Source: Chlamydiales bacterium
Lineage (GTDB): Bacteria; Chlamydiota; Chlamydiia; Chlamydiales; Simkaniaceae
Direction of reading: 5' to 3'
Assembly (NCBI GenBank): GCA_024233395.1
Contig: JACKPR010000005.1
Span: 96,028 to 160,027 of the forward strand
DNA: 64,000 nucleotides
Part shown: piece by piece, positions 37,195-45,758 of the stretch
Position numbering within the stretch: position 1 is the stretch's first letter
Layout of the letters: the number at the start of each line of letters is the position of its first letter
Position numbers and translations under genes: made by a program
Notes under the pieces: generated by a model
What the model saw: only the letters and a program-made list of their open reading frames with translations
The model's database searches: none
Told to the model about the DNA's origin: nothing

Positions 37195-37458
37195 ATGGAA
37201 ATTAATCCCGTTGGATCATCTGAAGAACTATCAGCTACCCAAGCATCATCTACTGAGCTTAGTGGAGTTTATGGAGAAAAAATCCAAACCATTAAAGAAA
37301 AAATTGCTCAAGGAGATTTTCAAGGTGCAAAAGAGCAAATTCTAAAAGAATTTGCTGAAATCGATGAAAAATACAAGGGTTGCTACATGTTCTTAGAGCT
37401 TGCTAAATTTAAAAGTGAACTCAACACTCTTCTTAAGCAAGTTTCTGCAAAACTTTAA
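37195..37458 (+). CDS. hypothetical 87-aa helical protein
   Basis: Track ORF. GGAG lies 8 nt upstream of the ATG and the upstream region is very AT-rich. I recognise no family. Confidence 0.4.
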   Translation: MEINPVGSSEELSATQASSTELSGVYGEKIQTIKEKIAQGDFQGAKEQILKEFAEIDEKYKGCYMFLELAKFKSELNTLLKQVSAKL

Positions 37459-37476
37459 TCAACTGAACTCTGGGTT

Positions 37477-37646
37477 TATAGCTAAAACAGTTTAAAATTG
37501 GGATGATTTACCCGGATCTTTCCGGTGTCTTTTGACTCCTTAAAACCTCTCCTTGTCTCATGGACAATGTTCTCGGTTTTAAGGAGTCAAAATCCATCAA
37601 AAATCTCTCGTTTAAATCATCCCAATTTTAAACTGTTTTAGCTATA
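37477..37646 (+). mobile_element. 170-bp MITE-like element, family 1, copy B
   Basis: It has 34-bp TIRs (tatagctaaaacagtttaaaattgggatgattta / taaatcatcccaattttaaactgttttagctata) and a perfect inner inverted repeat (tgactccttaaaacc / ggttttaaggagtca). It carries no ORF and is flanked by TA on both sides. Confidence 0.8.
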
Positions 37647-37790
37647 TTTGACTTATTGTCATAGGAGAGTTCTCTTAAATTCTTGAGCTTTTTATCGAAG
37701 GGAAGGGCCAAAGCGCCCTTTTCAAGATAAAAGACCCAAGAAGAAAGAGAAAAATCTTTGAGAATAAGTAAAATAAACCCAGAGTTCGGA

Positions 37791-38549
37791 TTAATACTGC
37801 AACAAAGATAAATCAGGCTTTACATCAAGGGAAGGTGAAAGGCGTGATCGCAAGATTTGTTGGATTGCGTCAAGAGTCGCACCTGTCGATGAGGGACAGG
37901 TGGTGCAAGCTCCTTGGTAAGCGATAATGACCTCTCTCTCATCATTAAAAGCTGCAACTTCAATTCCCCCTGCATCGAGTTCGATATAGGGTTGAATTTC
38001 ATCACGAATCACCTCTTTAATATGATCAAGCTTTTCATCTGGAGAAAAGAGATGCCAATTGGGATGCCCTCCATCAGATTGTTGCCCTTCAGGAATGGGC
38101 TGAGTGAACGAAGGATCTTTAAGGGGAATATCGGTGCATTTATCTGCAGCTTCTTCAATGACTGATAAGACAAAGTTAATATCGGAGTCTGCAGTTTTGG
38201 GAAAAGCAGGGATATTGGTAAAGTCTCGAAGCTTGCGGTCGATTAAATCAGCCGTTAAGCGACGAGCTTGATCATAATTTTTTCTAAGGAGAACTTCACA
38301 GGCTGCATCTGAGGCTCCAATAAGTGTTGTTTCTCCAAAAGCGATGAATTTTGCATCAGCAATGATCCCGTCGGTTTCATCCACAACAATGGAAAAGATC
38401 AGTAGACTTCCATCCCTCTCTCCCTTTCCAGTAACAACGCGCATTTCTTGAAGGGCACCGGTATTTTCTTTAAAGGACCCTACATTACGAGGGTTAAGAA
38501 TGCGTTCCTTTAATAGATTGCTATATTCTGTCCAAGGATGAGGTTTCAT
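37791..38549 (-). CDS. NifU-like protein: degenerate IscU-type N-domain plus an Nfu-type C-domain with CxxC
   Basis: NPRNVGSF opens an IscU-like domain. The C-terminal domain is ...YQGACTTCPSSTGATL.... The start is moved to ATG 38549, which overlaps the nifS-like stop as ATGA. Confidence 0.8.
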   Translation of the reverse strand: MKPHPWTEYSNLLKERILNPRNVGSFKENTGALQEMRVVTGKGERDGSLLIFSIVVDETDGIIADAKFIAFGETTLIGASDAACEVLLRKNYDQARRLTADLIDRKLRDFTNIPAFPKTADSDINFVLSVIEEAADKCTDIPLKDPSFTQPIPEGQQSDGGHPNWHLFSPDEKLDHIKEVIRDEIQPYIELDAGGIEVAAFNDEREVIIAYQGACTTCPSSTGATLDAIQQILRSRLSPSLDVKPDLSLLQY

Positions 38550-39694
38550 GATAGAACTCCCTTTGAAAACGTGCGGCATTTTTGAGCACAATCAACAATG
38601 ATTCCGATGGAGCGATCGATTTCTTCTTCTGTAGTGGCATAAGAGAGGGAAAAGCTTAATACGCATTGACTTTCAATAGGATCTTTTCCAACTGCGGTCA
38701 ATAAATGACGAAGTTTTTGAAGCCTTCCTCCTCCAATTGAAGTAAAGACTTCTTGCTCTCTTAAATGAAAGGCAAGGAGTTCTCCCGTCACTCCAGGAAA
38801 ATGAATTGCGGAGACATTCGGAAGACGCTCTCCTTCTTTGAAAAGAACTTTAGCCTCAGGGATTGCTAAGAGAATCCCCTCTTCTAATTTATCGCGCAGG
38901 CGTACTGTTTCCATACAAAGATGATCAAAAGCTTGACTAAGTTCTTCAATTGCTATTCCAAGACTAATAAAAGCTGGAAGATTAAGATTTGCTCCTTCCA
39001 TTCCTTCAGGAGTGCGACTTTGAAAATCGACTCCTCTTCGAACAAAAAGACCTCCACTACCTTTAAGGGCATGAAGGAGCGTTCCATCAAATGTCAGATA
39101 GTCAATAGGAAGCTCTTGGAATTTGAAATAAAGTTTTCCCAAAATATTCGAGGCATCAACATGAAAAAGAATCCCTTTTTCATGGCAAAGCTCTCCGAGT
39201 TCCCAAATAGGATGAACCACACCAGTTAATGCATTCGCCCATGAAAGGGAAACCAGTCCTGTTTTTGGAGTAATCGCTTTTTCTAAAGCTTCCCGGGTGA
39301 CTTGCCCATTTTCGTTAAGGGGGATTGTTTTTTGATAAACCCCAAGTTTTTCAAAGCTTTGACCCATTAAATGAATCGATGCTTCTTCCAATTGGGTGGT
39401 TAAGATATGATTTTTTCCACTTTCGGCAATATGATCAATATAAGCGCTATGATAAACCTCTGAAATTGCATGGGCTGCTGAGCTGCAAAACTGAAACCGA
39501 TCTTTATCATGAGCTCCCACAAAAGCTCGAAGATCTCCCAAACTTCTATTAATGGAGGTAAACGGTTCTTTTCCCTGAAGATAAGGAGCTGTTACCGATT
39601 GCCAATGCCTTTTCATAAAAGGTTGGACTTGAGCAAAAAGGTGGTCGGAAGGGCGGGCTAGGGTTCCATTATCGAGGTAAATTGGCTCGTTCAT
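38546..39694 (-). CDS. NifS/IscS-like class V aminotransferase-fold protein (catalytic residues apparently missing)
   Basis: Collinear with cysteine desulfurases (IYLDNG, FHVDA, GGLFVRRG, SFSLSYATTEEEIDRSI). The start is moved to ATG 39694, which overlaps the gpmA stop as ATGA. Confidence 0.75.
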   Translation of the reverse strand: MNEPIYLDNGTLARPSDHLFAQVQPFMKRHWQSVTAPYLQGKEPFTSINRSLGDLRAFVGAHDKDRFQFCSSAAHAISEVYHSAYIDHIAESGKNHILTTQLEEASIHLMGQSFEKLGVYQKTIPLNENGQVTREALEKAITPKTGLVSLSWANALTGVVHPIWELGELCHEKGILFHVDASNILGKLYFKFQELPIDYLTFDGTLLHALKGSGGLFVRRGVDFQSRTPEGMEGANLNLPAFISLGIAIEELSQAFDHLCMETVRLRDKLEEGILLAIPEAKVLFKEGERLPNVSAIHFPGVTGELLAFHLREQEVFTSIGGGRLQKLRHLLTAVGKDPIESQCVLSFSLSYATTEEEIDRSIGIIVDCAQKCRTFSKGVLS

Positions 39695-40380
39695 AATACC
39701 TCTTTTTGCCAATGCTTCCCTTCAAAAGAATAACAAAGAGGAACTCCTGTTGGAATTTCAAGGTTTAAAACTTCTTCTTTTGAAAGGTTATCAAGATACA
39801 TCACGATCGATCGGAGAGAATTTCCATGAGCAGAAACGAGAATATTTTTTCCCGCATTCAGAAAAGGAACAATGTTATTTTTAAAATAAGGAATGGATCT
39901 CTCGGCAGTCATTTCTAAACTTTCCCCATTGGGAGGTGGAGTATCAAAGCTGCGTCGCCAAATTTTGACTTGATCAGCTCCAAACTTTTCCCGCGTTTCA
40001 TCTTTTTCAAGTCCTTGGAGTTCTCCGTACATCCGTTCATTGATCTCCCAAGCTTTGTAAACAGGGATTGTATGCTCTTCGGCTTTGGGGTCATAAATTT
40101 TTGCCCACTCCTGAAGCTTCCCTTCACCTTGATGCAAAATGACTGGTGTTTTGTCACTTTCATGCTCTGTCATCGCGATCATCGCTGTCATTTGTGCCCG
40201 CATGAGAGAAGAGATAAAAATGACATCAATGGGGATGTGGCTAATGACTTTCCCCGCTTTTTGAGCCTCAATAATTCCATCTTTGCTCAGCGGAACATCG
40301 ACCCAGCCTGTAAAGCGATTTTTTTGATTCCAATCGGACTTTCCGTGACGAAGTAAAATAAGTTTTGCTTGTTTTCCCAT
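39691..40380 (-). CDS. gpmA: 2,3-bisphosphoglycerate-dependent phosphoglycerate mutase
   Basis: LLRHGKSDWNQKNRFTGW, SLMRAQMT, ERMYGELQG and SAHGNSLR motifs. Confidence 0.9.
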   Translation of the reverse strand: MGKQAKLILLRHGKSDWNQKNRFTGWVDVPLSKDGIIEAQKAGKVISHIPIDVIFISSLMRAQMTAMIAMTEHESDKTPVILHQGEGKLQEWAKIYDPKAEEHTIPVYKAWEINERMYGELQGLEKDETREKFGADQVKIWRRSFDTPPPNGESLEMTAERSIPYFKNNIVPFLNAGKNILVSAHGNSLRSIVMYLDNLSKEEVLNLEIPTGVPLCYSFEGKHWQKEVL

Positions 40381-40435
40381 ACATCCATGATAGATGAGAT
40401 TGTATTATTCTGGCATCTATTTTATAATATATCGC

Positions 40436-41137
40436 ATGGAACCGAATCGTCTAAGTAAAATTTTAGCTAAAGCAGGAGTCGCCTCGCGCCGAGCTGCAGA
40501 ATTTCTCATTTTTGAGGGAAAGGTACGTGTTAATGATGAAGTCATCACAGTCCCTCAAACCATCGTTGATCCTTCAAAAGATAAGATTTTTGTTGAGGAT
40601 CACCCGATTACGCTAAGAGATGAAAAAGTTTATTATATTTTGAACAAACCACGTGGGTTCATCTGCTCCAACAAACCGATGGGTCGGAAAAAGTTAGTGA
40701 TTGATCTCTTTGCAGAGGTCAAAGAGCGTCTATTTACAATTGGTCGCCTCGACCGTGATACCACAGGCCTTCTCCTCTTAACTAACGATGGACACTTTGC
40801 TCAAGAAGTGATCCACCCTTCAAAAAATATCAGCAAAGAATACCTTGTAAAAACACAGCAAGAAATCACTCATGAACATCTTCAAGAACTTTCTAAAGGG
40901 ACACTGATTGAAGGAAAATGGATTCGTCCAACAAAAGTGACAAAAGTGAGACGGGGAACTCTAAAGATTGTTGTTAAAGAAGGAAAAAAACGGGAGGTCC
41001 GCCTAATGGTTCAAAATGCAGGGCTTAACCTTCTTTCCCTTGCTCGCATCCGCATTGGAGGTCTAAAACTCGGAGATCTTAATGAAGGAGAGTGGCGCGA
41101 ACTCACTGAAAAAGAACGAGAACTTATCTTTGCTTGA
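40436..41137 (+). CDS. rluB: RsuA/RluB-family pseudouridine synthase
   Basis: S4 domain (RLSKILAKAGVASRRAAEFLIFEGKVRVN) and catalytic GRLDRDTTGLLLLTNDG. The start is moved to ATG 40436. Confidence 0.85.
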   Translation: MEPNRLSKILAKAGVASRRAAEFLIFEGKVRVNDEVITVPQTIVDPSKDKIFVEDHPITLRDEKVYYILNKPRGFICSNKPMGRKKLVIDLFAEVKERLFTIGRLDRDTTGLLLLTNDGHFAQEVIHPSKNISKEYLVKTQQEITHEHLQELSKGTLIEGKWIRPTKVTKVRRGTLKIVVKEGKKREVRLMVQNAGLNLLSLARIRIGGLKLGDLNEGEWRELTEKERELIFA

Positions 41138-41142
41138 TTTCC

Positions 41143-42465
41143 TCATAACTCTTTAAAATAAGCCAATGCTTTTTCTCGCATTTCTTTATGATCTACTATC
41201 GGATAAGGATAGGTTTCTCCTAAGTTAACCCCACCTTCTGTTAACACTTCTTCAGGAGCCATCCACGGCTTATGCATCCATTTTGAAGAAAGATTCTTAA
41301 GTTCAGGACAATAAGTTTTGACGTAGTCTCCTTGAGGATCAAACTTTTCCCCTTGGAGGACTGGATTAAAAATCCGGAAAAAGGGCGCCGCATCTGGTCC
41401 TGAACCTGCCACCCATTGCCAACCGAGGGTATTATTTCCAATGTCAGCATCCACAAGAGTATCCCAAAACCAAGCCGCTCCTTCTTTCCAATGAATAAAG
41501 AGATCTTTCACTAAAAAAGAAGCGACAATCATTCGCACACGGTTATGCATCCATCCTTCTTTCCATAATTGCCTCATTCCTGCATCGATAATAGGATATC
41601 CTGTTATCCCATTTTGCCACTTACGAAGATGGTCCTGGTTATTTTTCCAAGGAAAACGATCAAATTTTTCTTGCCAATTTTCAGTCTTAGTTTTTGGGAA
41701 ATGAGTTACAAAAGATGATCCAAATTCTCTCCAGGCAAGTTGTCTTCGAAAGACTTCATTTTTTACTTTGGACCAGACTTCATAAGGGCTGACTTCTCCA
41801 TAATGAAGGTGGGGAGAAAGAAGAGAGGTTCCTTTTTCAGCTGGAAAGTCTCTTCTTTCTTCATAGCTTTCGCTATTAAAGGAATCTAACCGTTTGAGCG
41901 CCCCTTTTCTTCCAGGCGTCCAGTGTGCCTCAAGTGATTTTATCCAATTCTTCTTTGGTAAAAGCTCTAGTGACTCGAGTGTATCACTTTCAATTTCTTT
42001 TCCTTTTCTAAGGGTGAGTTTTTCTATTTTCTCACACTCCATTTCTTTCAATAAAGCGTTGTAAAACGGGGTAAAAACAGCAAAAGGCTTTCCAGATTTA
42101 TTGAAAAAGTTAGGGATGTCTACAAGATGATTTCCATTGAACGGTCTCCCCTTTTCCCCCAAATCTTGGGCCACTAATTTTTCTTCTTCAGAAAAGGTTT
42201 GGTTCCAAAAGACTTTTTCAACATTTAACTCTTTGAAGACCTTTCTTGGATCTCCGCGACGCAGAATAAGACTCACTCCTTTTTCTGCATAATCTTTTTG
42301 GAGCTCTTCTAAGCTTTTATGGAGCCACCACCGGCTTGCCTCTCCTAACTTCATAGAGTCAGATAAAATAAAGATCGGAACAACTTGAGAACCTTCAGCG
42401 CAGGCTTTACTCAAACCTAAATTTTCTTCTATTCTCAAATCTTCTTGGTGCCAAAATACAAGCAA
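41143..42465 (-). CDS. phr: deoxyribodipyrimidine photolyase / cryptochrome family protein
   Basis: WREF, TGYPIIDAGMRQL, GWMHNRVRMIVASFL and LVDADIGNNTLGWQW motifs. The apparent start codon is TTG. Confidence 0.85.
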   Translation of the reverse strand: MLVFWHQEDLRIEENLGLSKACAEGSQVVPIFILSDSMKLGEASRWWLHKSLEELQKDYAEKGVSLILRRGDPRKVFKELNVEKVFWNQTFSEEEKLVAQDLGEKGRPFNGNHLVDIPNFFNKSGKPFAVFTPFYNALLKEMECEKIEKLTLRKGKEIESDTLESLELLPKKNWIKSLEAHWTPGRKGALKRLDSFNSESYEERRDFPAEKGTSLLSPHLHYGEVSPYEVWSKVKNEVFRRQLAWREFGSSFVTHFPKTKTENWQEKFDRFPWKNNQDHLRKWQNGITGYPIIDAGMRQLWKEGWMHNRVRMIVASFLVKDLFIHWKEGAAWFWDTLVDADIGNNTLGWQWVAGSGPDAAPFFRIFNPVLQGEKFDPQGDYVKTYCPELKNLSSKWMHKPWMAPEEVLTEGGVNLGETYPYPIVDHKEMREKALAYFKEL

Positions 42466-42495
42466 AATAAAACTCCATGCGATAAAATAGTCGTT

Positions 42496-43524
42496 ATGAA
42501 GATACTACAAATCGTTGCTGATGGCAATCCTGGTGGTGGAACCACTTTTGTTTTAGATGTCTTAAAATCTCTAGATACCCCTTATTTACTCACTCAAGAA
42601 AATTCTTATGCTCTTGAAAAAGTTGGGAATATTCCCAAGATGGGAATCAATTTTTTTACATCACGCTTTGATTTACGAATAGCAGCAAAGATGCAGAAAG
42701 TGATTCGTGATGTGAAACCTGATTTGATTCATGTTCACGGAGGAAGAGCTGCTTTTTTCTTAAGCTTTTGTCGAAAAACTTGTCCTGTTCTCTATACCGT
42801 TCACGGGCTTCATGGACTCCATCAAGGGCTAAAGTTTAGCCGCTTTGGGGAACGAAGGGCAATGAAAGGAGCAACTCTTGTCAATTTTGTTTCACATGTC
42901 GAAGAAGAGCTTGCTTTAAAAAACAATCTCCTCAAAGGAACAAATCACTGCGTCATTCCTCATGGAATCGATCTAAATACAATCCCTCCTAAAAAAGAGA
43001 AAATTCCAAAGCTTATCGGATTCATGGGACGTCTATGCCCTCAAAAAGATCCTCTTTTTATGCTCGAGATCATGAAAATCTTGGGACCTGAAGGATATCG
43101 ACTCCGTGTGATTGGAGGAGGAGAGTATGAAAAAGTCTTAAAAAGCGATCCTTATACAATGGTTACTGGAAAAGTCTCTAGAGATGAGGGGCTGAAACTT
43201 TTATCAGAAGTTGAGTGTGTTGTTGTCCCTTCAAGATGGGAGGCTTTTGGTTTAATCCTTTTAGAAGCAATGGCACTCGAGGTTCCTATCATTGCCTCCA
43301 ACATCCCTCCATTTGAAGAGGTTCTTTCAGGTGGAACTTTTGCGACTCTTATCGATAAAAAAGATCCTGAAAAATATGCAGCTGCGATTCTTGAAGGTGC
43401 TGATTACACCCAAGCGGCAAAAAAACATCTCCTTGAAAAGTTTTCTTGGGAACAGTGTATCCGAAGCTATCACTCTATTTTTCGTGAACTTAAAGGGAAC
43501 TATTGCTATAATCAAATAAAATAA
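42496..43524 (+). CDS. GT4-family (GT-B) glycosyltransferase
   Basis: N-terminus MKILQIVADGNPGGG and C-terminal VVPSRWEAFGLILLEAMALEVPIIAS (E-x7-E). The start is moved to ATG 42496. Confidence 0.75.
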   Translation: MKILQIVADGNPGGGTTFVLDVLKSLDTPYLLTQENSYALEKVGNIPKMGINFFTSRFDLRIAAKMQKVIRDVKPDLIHVHGGRAAFFLSFCRKTCPVLYTVHGLHGLHQGLKFSRFGERRAMKGATLVNFVSHVEEELALKNNLLKGTNHCVIPHGIDLNTIPPKKEKIPKLIGFMGRLCPQKDPLFMLEIMKILGPEGYRLRVIGGGEYEKVLKSDPYTMVTGKVSRDEGLKLLSEVECVVVPSRWEAFGLILLEAMALEVPIIASNIPPFEEVLSGGTFATLIDKKDPEKYAAAILEGADYTQAAKKHLLEKFSWEQCIRSYHSIFRELKGNYCYNQIK

Positions 43525-43539
43525 TTTAGCTAAATCGTT

Positions 43540-44217
43540 ATGTTAACAACCATTGCTCGAATTTTTGGAAAATCTCCGTTCAACCCTCTTCAATCTCACA
43601 TGAAGAAGGTGAGCAGTTGCATGAAAAAGCTCACTGAAATTTTTGGCAATCTCAAAAATACATCTCCTGAGGAACTCGAATGTTTGGTTAAAGAACTTTC
43701 AAACCTTGAGCATGAAGCTGATTTGACAAAGAATGACATCCGCAATCATTTGCCAAGAAGTTTATTCCTCCCTATTGATAGGAGTCAGTTCCTGGATATT
43801 TTATCCATTCAAGATAGCATCTCCGACAAAGCTGAAGATATCGGCCATTTACTCACTTTATATCCTGTAAGTGAACTTGGAGACCTTTGTGATCATCTCG
43901 ATCAACTTTTTAAGAAGAACATGGAAGCTTTTTGGGATGCCCGTTCCATTATTAAAGAGCTTCATGAACTTTTAGAATCCTCTTTTGGAGGCATTGAAGC
44001 TGAAAAAGTAAAAACAATTGTCGAAAAAACTTCAAAAGTTGAATACGAAGCCGATAAAATGAAACATGAGCTAATGAAAGAATTTTTCAAAACAGCTGAA
44101 AATGTTAAAACTCCTGTCTTTTACCTTTATGTTCGCCTTGTTGAAGAGATCAATCGTATTTCGCATATTTCAGAAAAACTTGCTAATCGCATCCGGATGA
44201 TTTTGGAACTCAAATAA
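43540..44217 (+). CDS. DUF47 / PhoU-like phosphate-transport accessory protein
   Basis: A ~225-aa all-helical protein of the type usually found immediately upstream of PiT transporters. It has the typical N-terminus (F.KSPF..L..H). Confidence 0.8.
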   Translation: MLTTIARIFGKSPFNPLQSHMKKVSSCMKKLTEIFGNLKNTSPEELECLVKELSNLEHEADLTKNDIRNHLPRSLFLPIDRSQFLDILSIQDSISDKAEDIGHLLTLYPVSELGDLCDHLDQLFKKNMEAFWDARSIIKELHELLESSFGGIEAEKVKTIVEKTSKVEYEADKMKHELMKEFFKTAENVKTPVFYLYVRLVEEINRISHISEKLANRIRMILELK

Positions 44218-44279
44218 TGTTCTCTATTAAGAAAAAATTTATAATAATCAAAACCGAAGGAGTTTACGGATAGTTACCC

Positions 44280-45698
44280 ATGTCTGTTGATTTCATTTTA
44301 ACAGTCTTAGTCCTCCTTGCTGGGTTTTACATGGCTTGGAACATCGGTGCCAATGATGTTTCCAATGCAATGGGAACCTCGGTGGGATCTGGGGCTCTTA
44401 CTCTTTTTAAAGCAGTCATTATCGCTGGAATTTTAGAATTTTGTGGAGCCTTCTTCCTAGGAGGAAATGTTTCCAAAACAATGCAATCGGGAATTGTTAA
44501 TCCCGATGTTTTTGCTCATAACCCCAAAATCCTCCTTTATGGAATGCTTTCAGCATTAACCGCAACAGCACTTTGGCTTCAAGTTGCTTCCTATTTTGGG
44601 TGGCCTGTTTCAACAACTCACGCGATTGTTGGTGCTTTGCTTGGCTTTGGGGCTATAGCAGGAGGTATTCATGCTGTTCATTGGGGTGAAGTAGGACGGA
44701 TTGCAATGAGCTGGGTCATCTCCCCTGCTTTAAGTGGCCTTTTTGCTTTTTTAATCTTCAGCACACTCCAGAGAAAAATTCTTTTTGCAATGAATCCTAT
44801 CCATGCAACAAGGCGGTTTATTCCCGTCATGGTTTTTGTTGTCCTTTTCGTGTTTACCTTGAGTATTCTTTTTAATGGTTTGGGATCCTTTCAAGTAAAG
44901 TTTTCTTTAGGTGAAACTATTTTGATCGGCAGCGTTATAGGCCTTATTGGAGGACTGATTGCTTTTTTCATTCTAAAAAAAGTTTATCTTCCTAAACCTC
45001 AAATGGTTTCTGCTAATACTTCTCAGCAAGTCTTAAGCTTGAATAAAGCCGCCCGTCACTTAAAAAGAGTGCAGCTCTCAAGTAAAGGAGAACAGCGAGA
45101 GCAAGTAGGACGCCTTCTTAAAGATGTGGAAGAGTATGCCGAAGAAGTACGCGAACACTCTAATCTATACACCTCTAGCTCCGATTATAAAGTTGTCGAA
45201 AAAATGTTTGCTTCTCTTCAGATTATGAGTGCAGCATATGTTGCTTTTGCTCATGGAGCAAATGATGTAGCCAATGCAATCGGACCTGTTGCTGCTGCTC
45301 TTGAGATTATTCGAGAAGGAGGTCTTTCTCTTACTTCGCACATCCCTGCTTGGCTTCTTGGAATGGGAGGTGTTGGGATTGTTGTAGGACTTGCTACTTG
45401 GGGCTGGCGGGTGATGGAAACGATTGGGAGAAAAATTACCGAACTGACTCCAACGCGTGGGTTCAGTGCTGAATTTGGAGCAGCGATTACAATTTTAGTC
45501 GCTTCAAAATTTGGTCTTCCTATTTCTACAACGCACTGTATTGTTGGTGCCGTTCTTGGTGTGGGACTCGCAAGAGGTCTTTCTGCTCTTAACCTACGCA
45601 CTCTTCGCGATATCGTCCTTTCATGGGTGATCACGATTCCTTCAAGTGCAATTGTCTGTATTCTTCTTTTCTATTTGATACGCGCAATTTTTTCATAA
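44280..45698 (+). CDS. pit: inorganic phosphate transporter, PiT (PHO4) family
   Basis: Duplicated GANDVSNAMGTSVG and GANDVANAIGPV signatures, with polytopic topology and a central hydrophilic loop. Confidence 0.9.
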   Translation: MSVDFILTVLVLLAGFYMAWNIGANDVSNAMGTSVGSGALTLFKAVIIAGILEFCGAFFLGGNVSKTMQSGIVNPDVFAHNPKILLYGMLSALTATALWLQVASYFGWPVSTTHAIVGALLGFGAIAGGIHAVHWGEVGRIAMSWVISPALSGLFAFLIFSTLQRKILFAMNPIHATRRFIPVMVFVVLFVFTLSILFNGLGSFQVKFSLGETILIGSVIGLIGGLIAFFILKKVYLPKPQMVSANTSQQVLSLNKAARHLKRVQLSSKGEQREQVGRLLKDVEEYAEEVREHSNLYTSSSDYKVVEKMFASLQIMSAAYVAFAHGANDVANAIGPVAAALEIIREGGLSLTSHIPAWLLGMGGVGIVVGLATWGWRVMETIGRKITELTPTRGFSAEFGAAITILVASKFGLPISTTHCIVGAVLGVGLARGLSALNLRTLRDIVLSWVITIPSSAIVCILLFYLIRAIFS

Positions 45699-45758
45699 AA
45701 ATTTGAATCTAATTCTTATTAGATATAAATAAAAAGAAACGTTTAACAAGGTGAAATA

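Noticed and set aside
38271-38285. T-run in the nifU-like gene. By eye I counted seven T, which would break the reading frame. My hand coordinates between about 37790 and 38282 also ran 1 nt below the ORF track.
   Set aside because: The ORF track, computed from the sequence, shows an intact 266-aa ORF. My manual character counting is the more likely error, so no frameshift or pseudogene is claimed. Hand coordinates in this interval may be off by 1.
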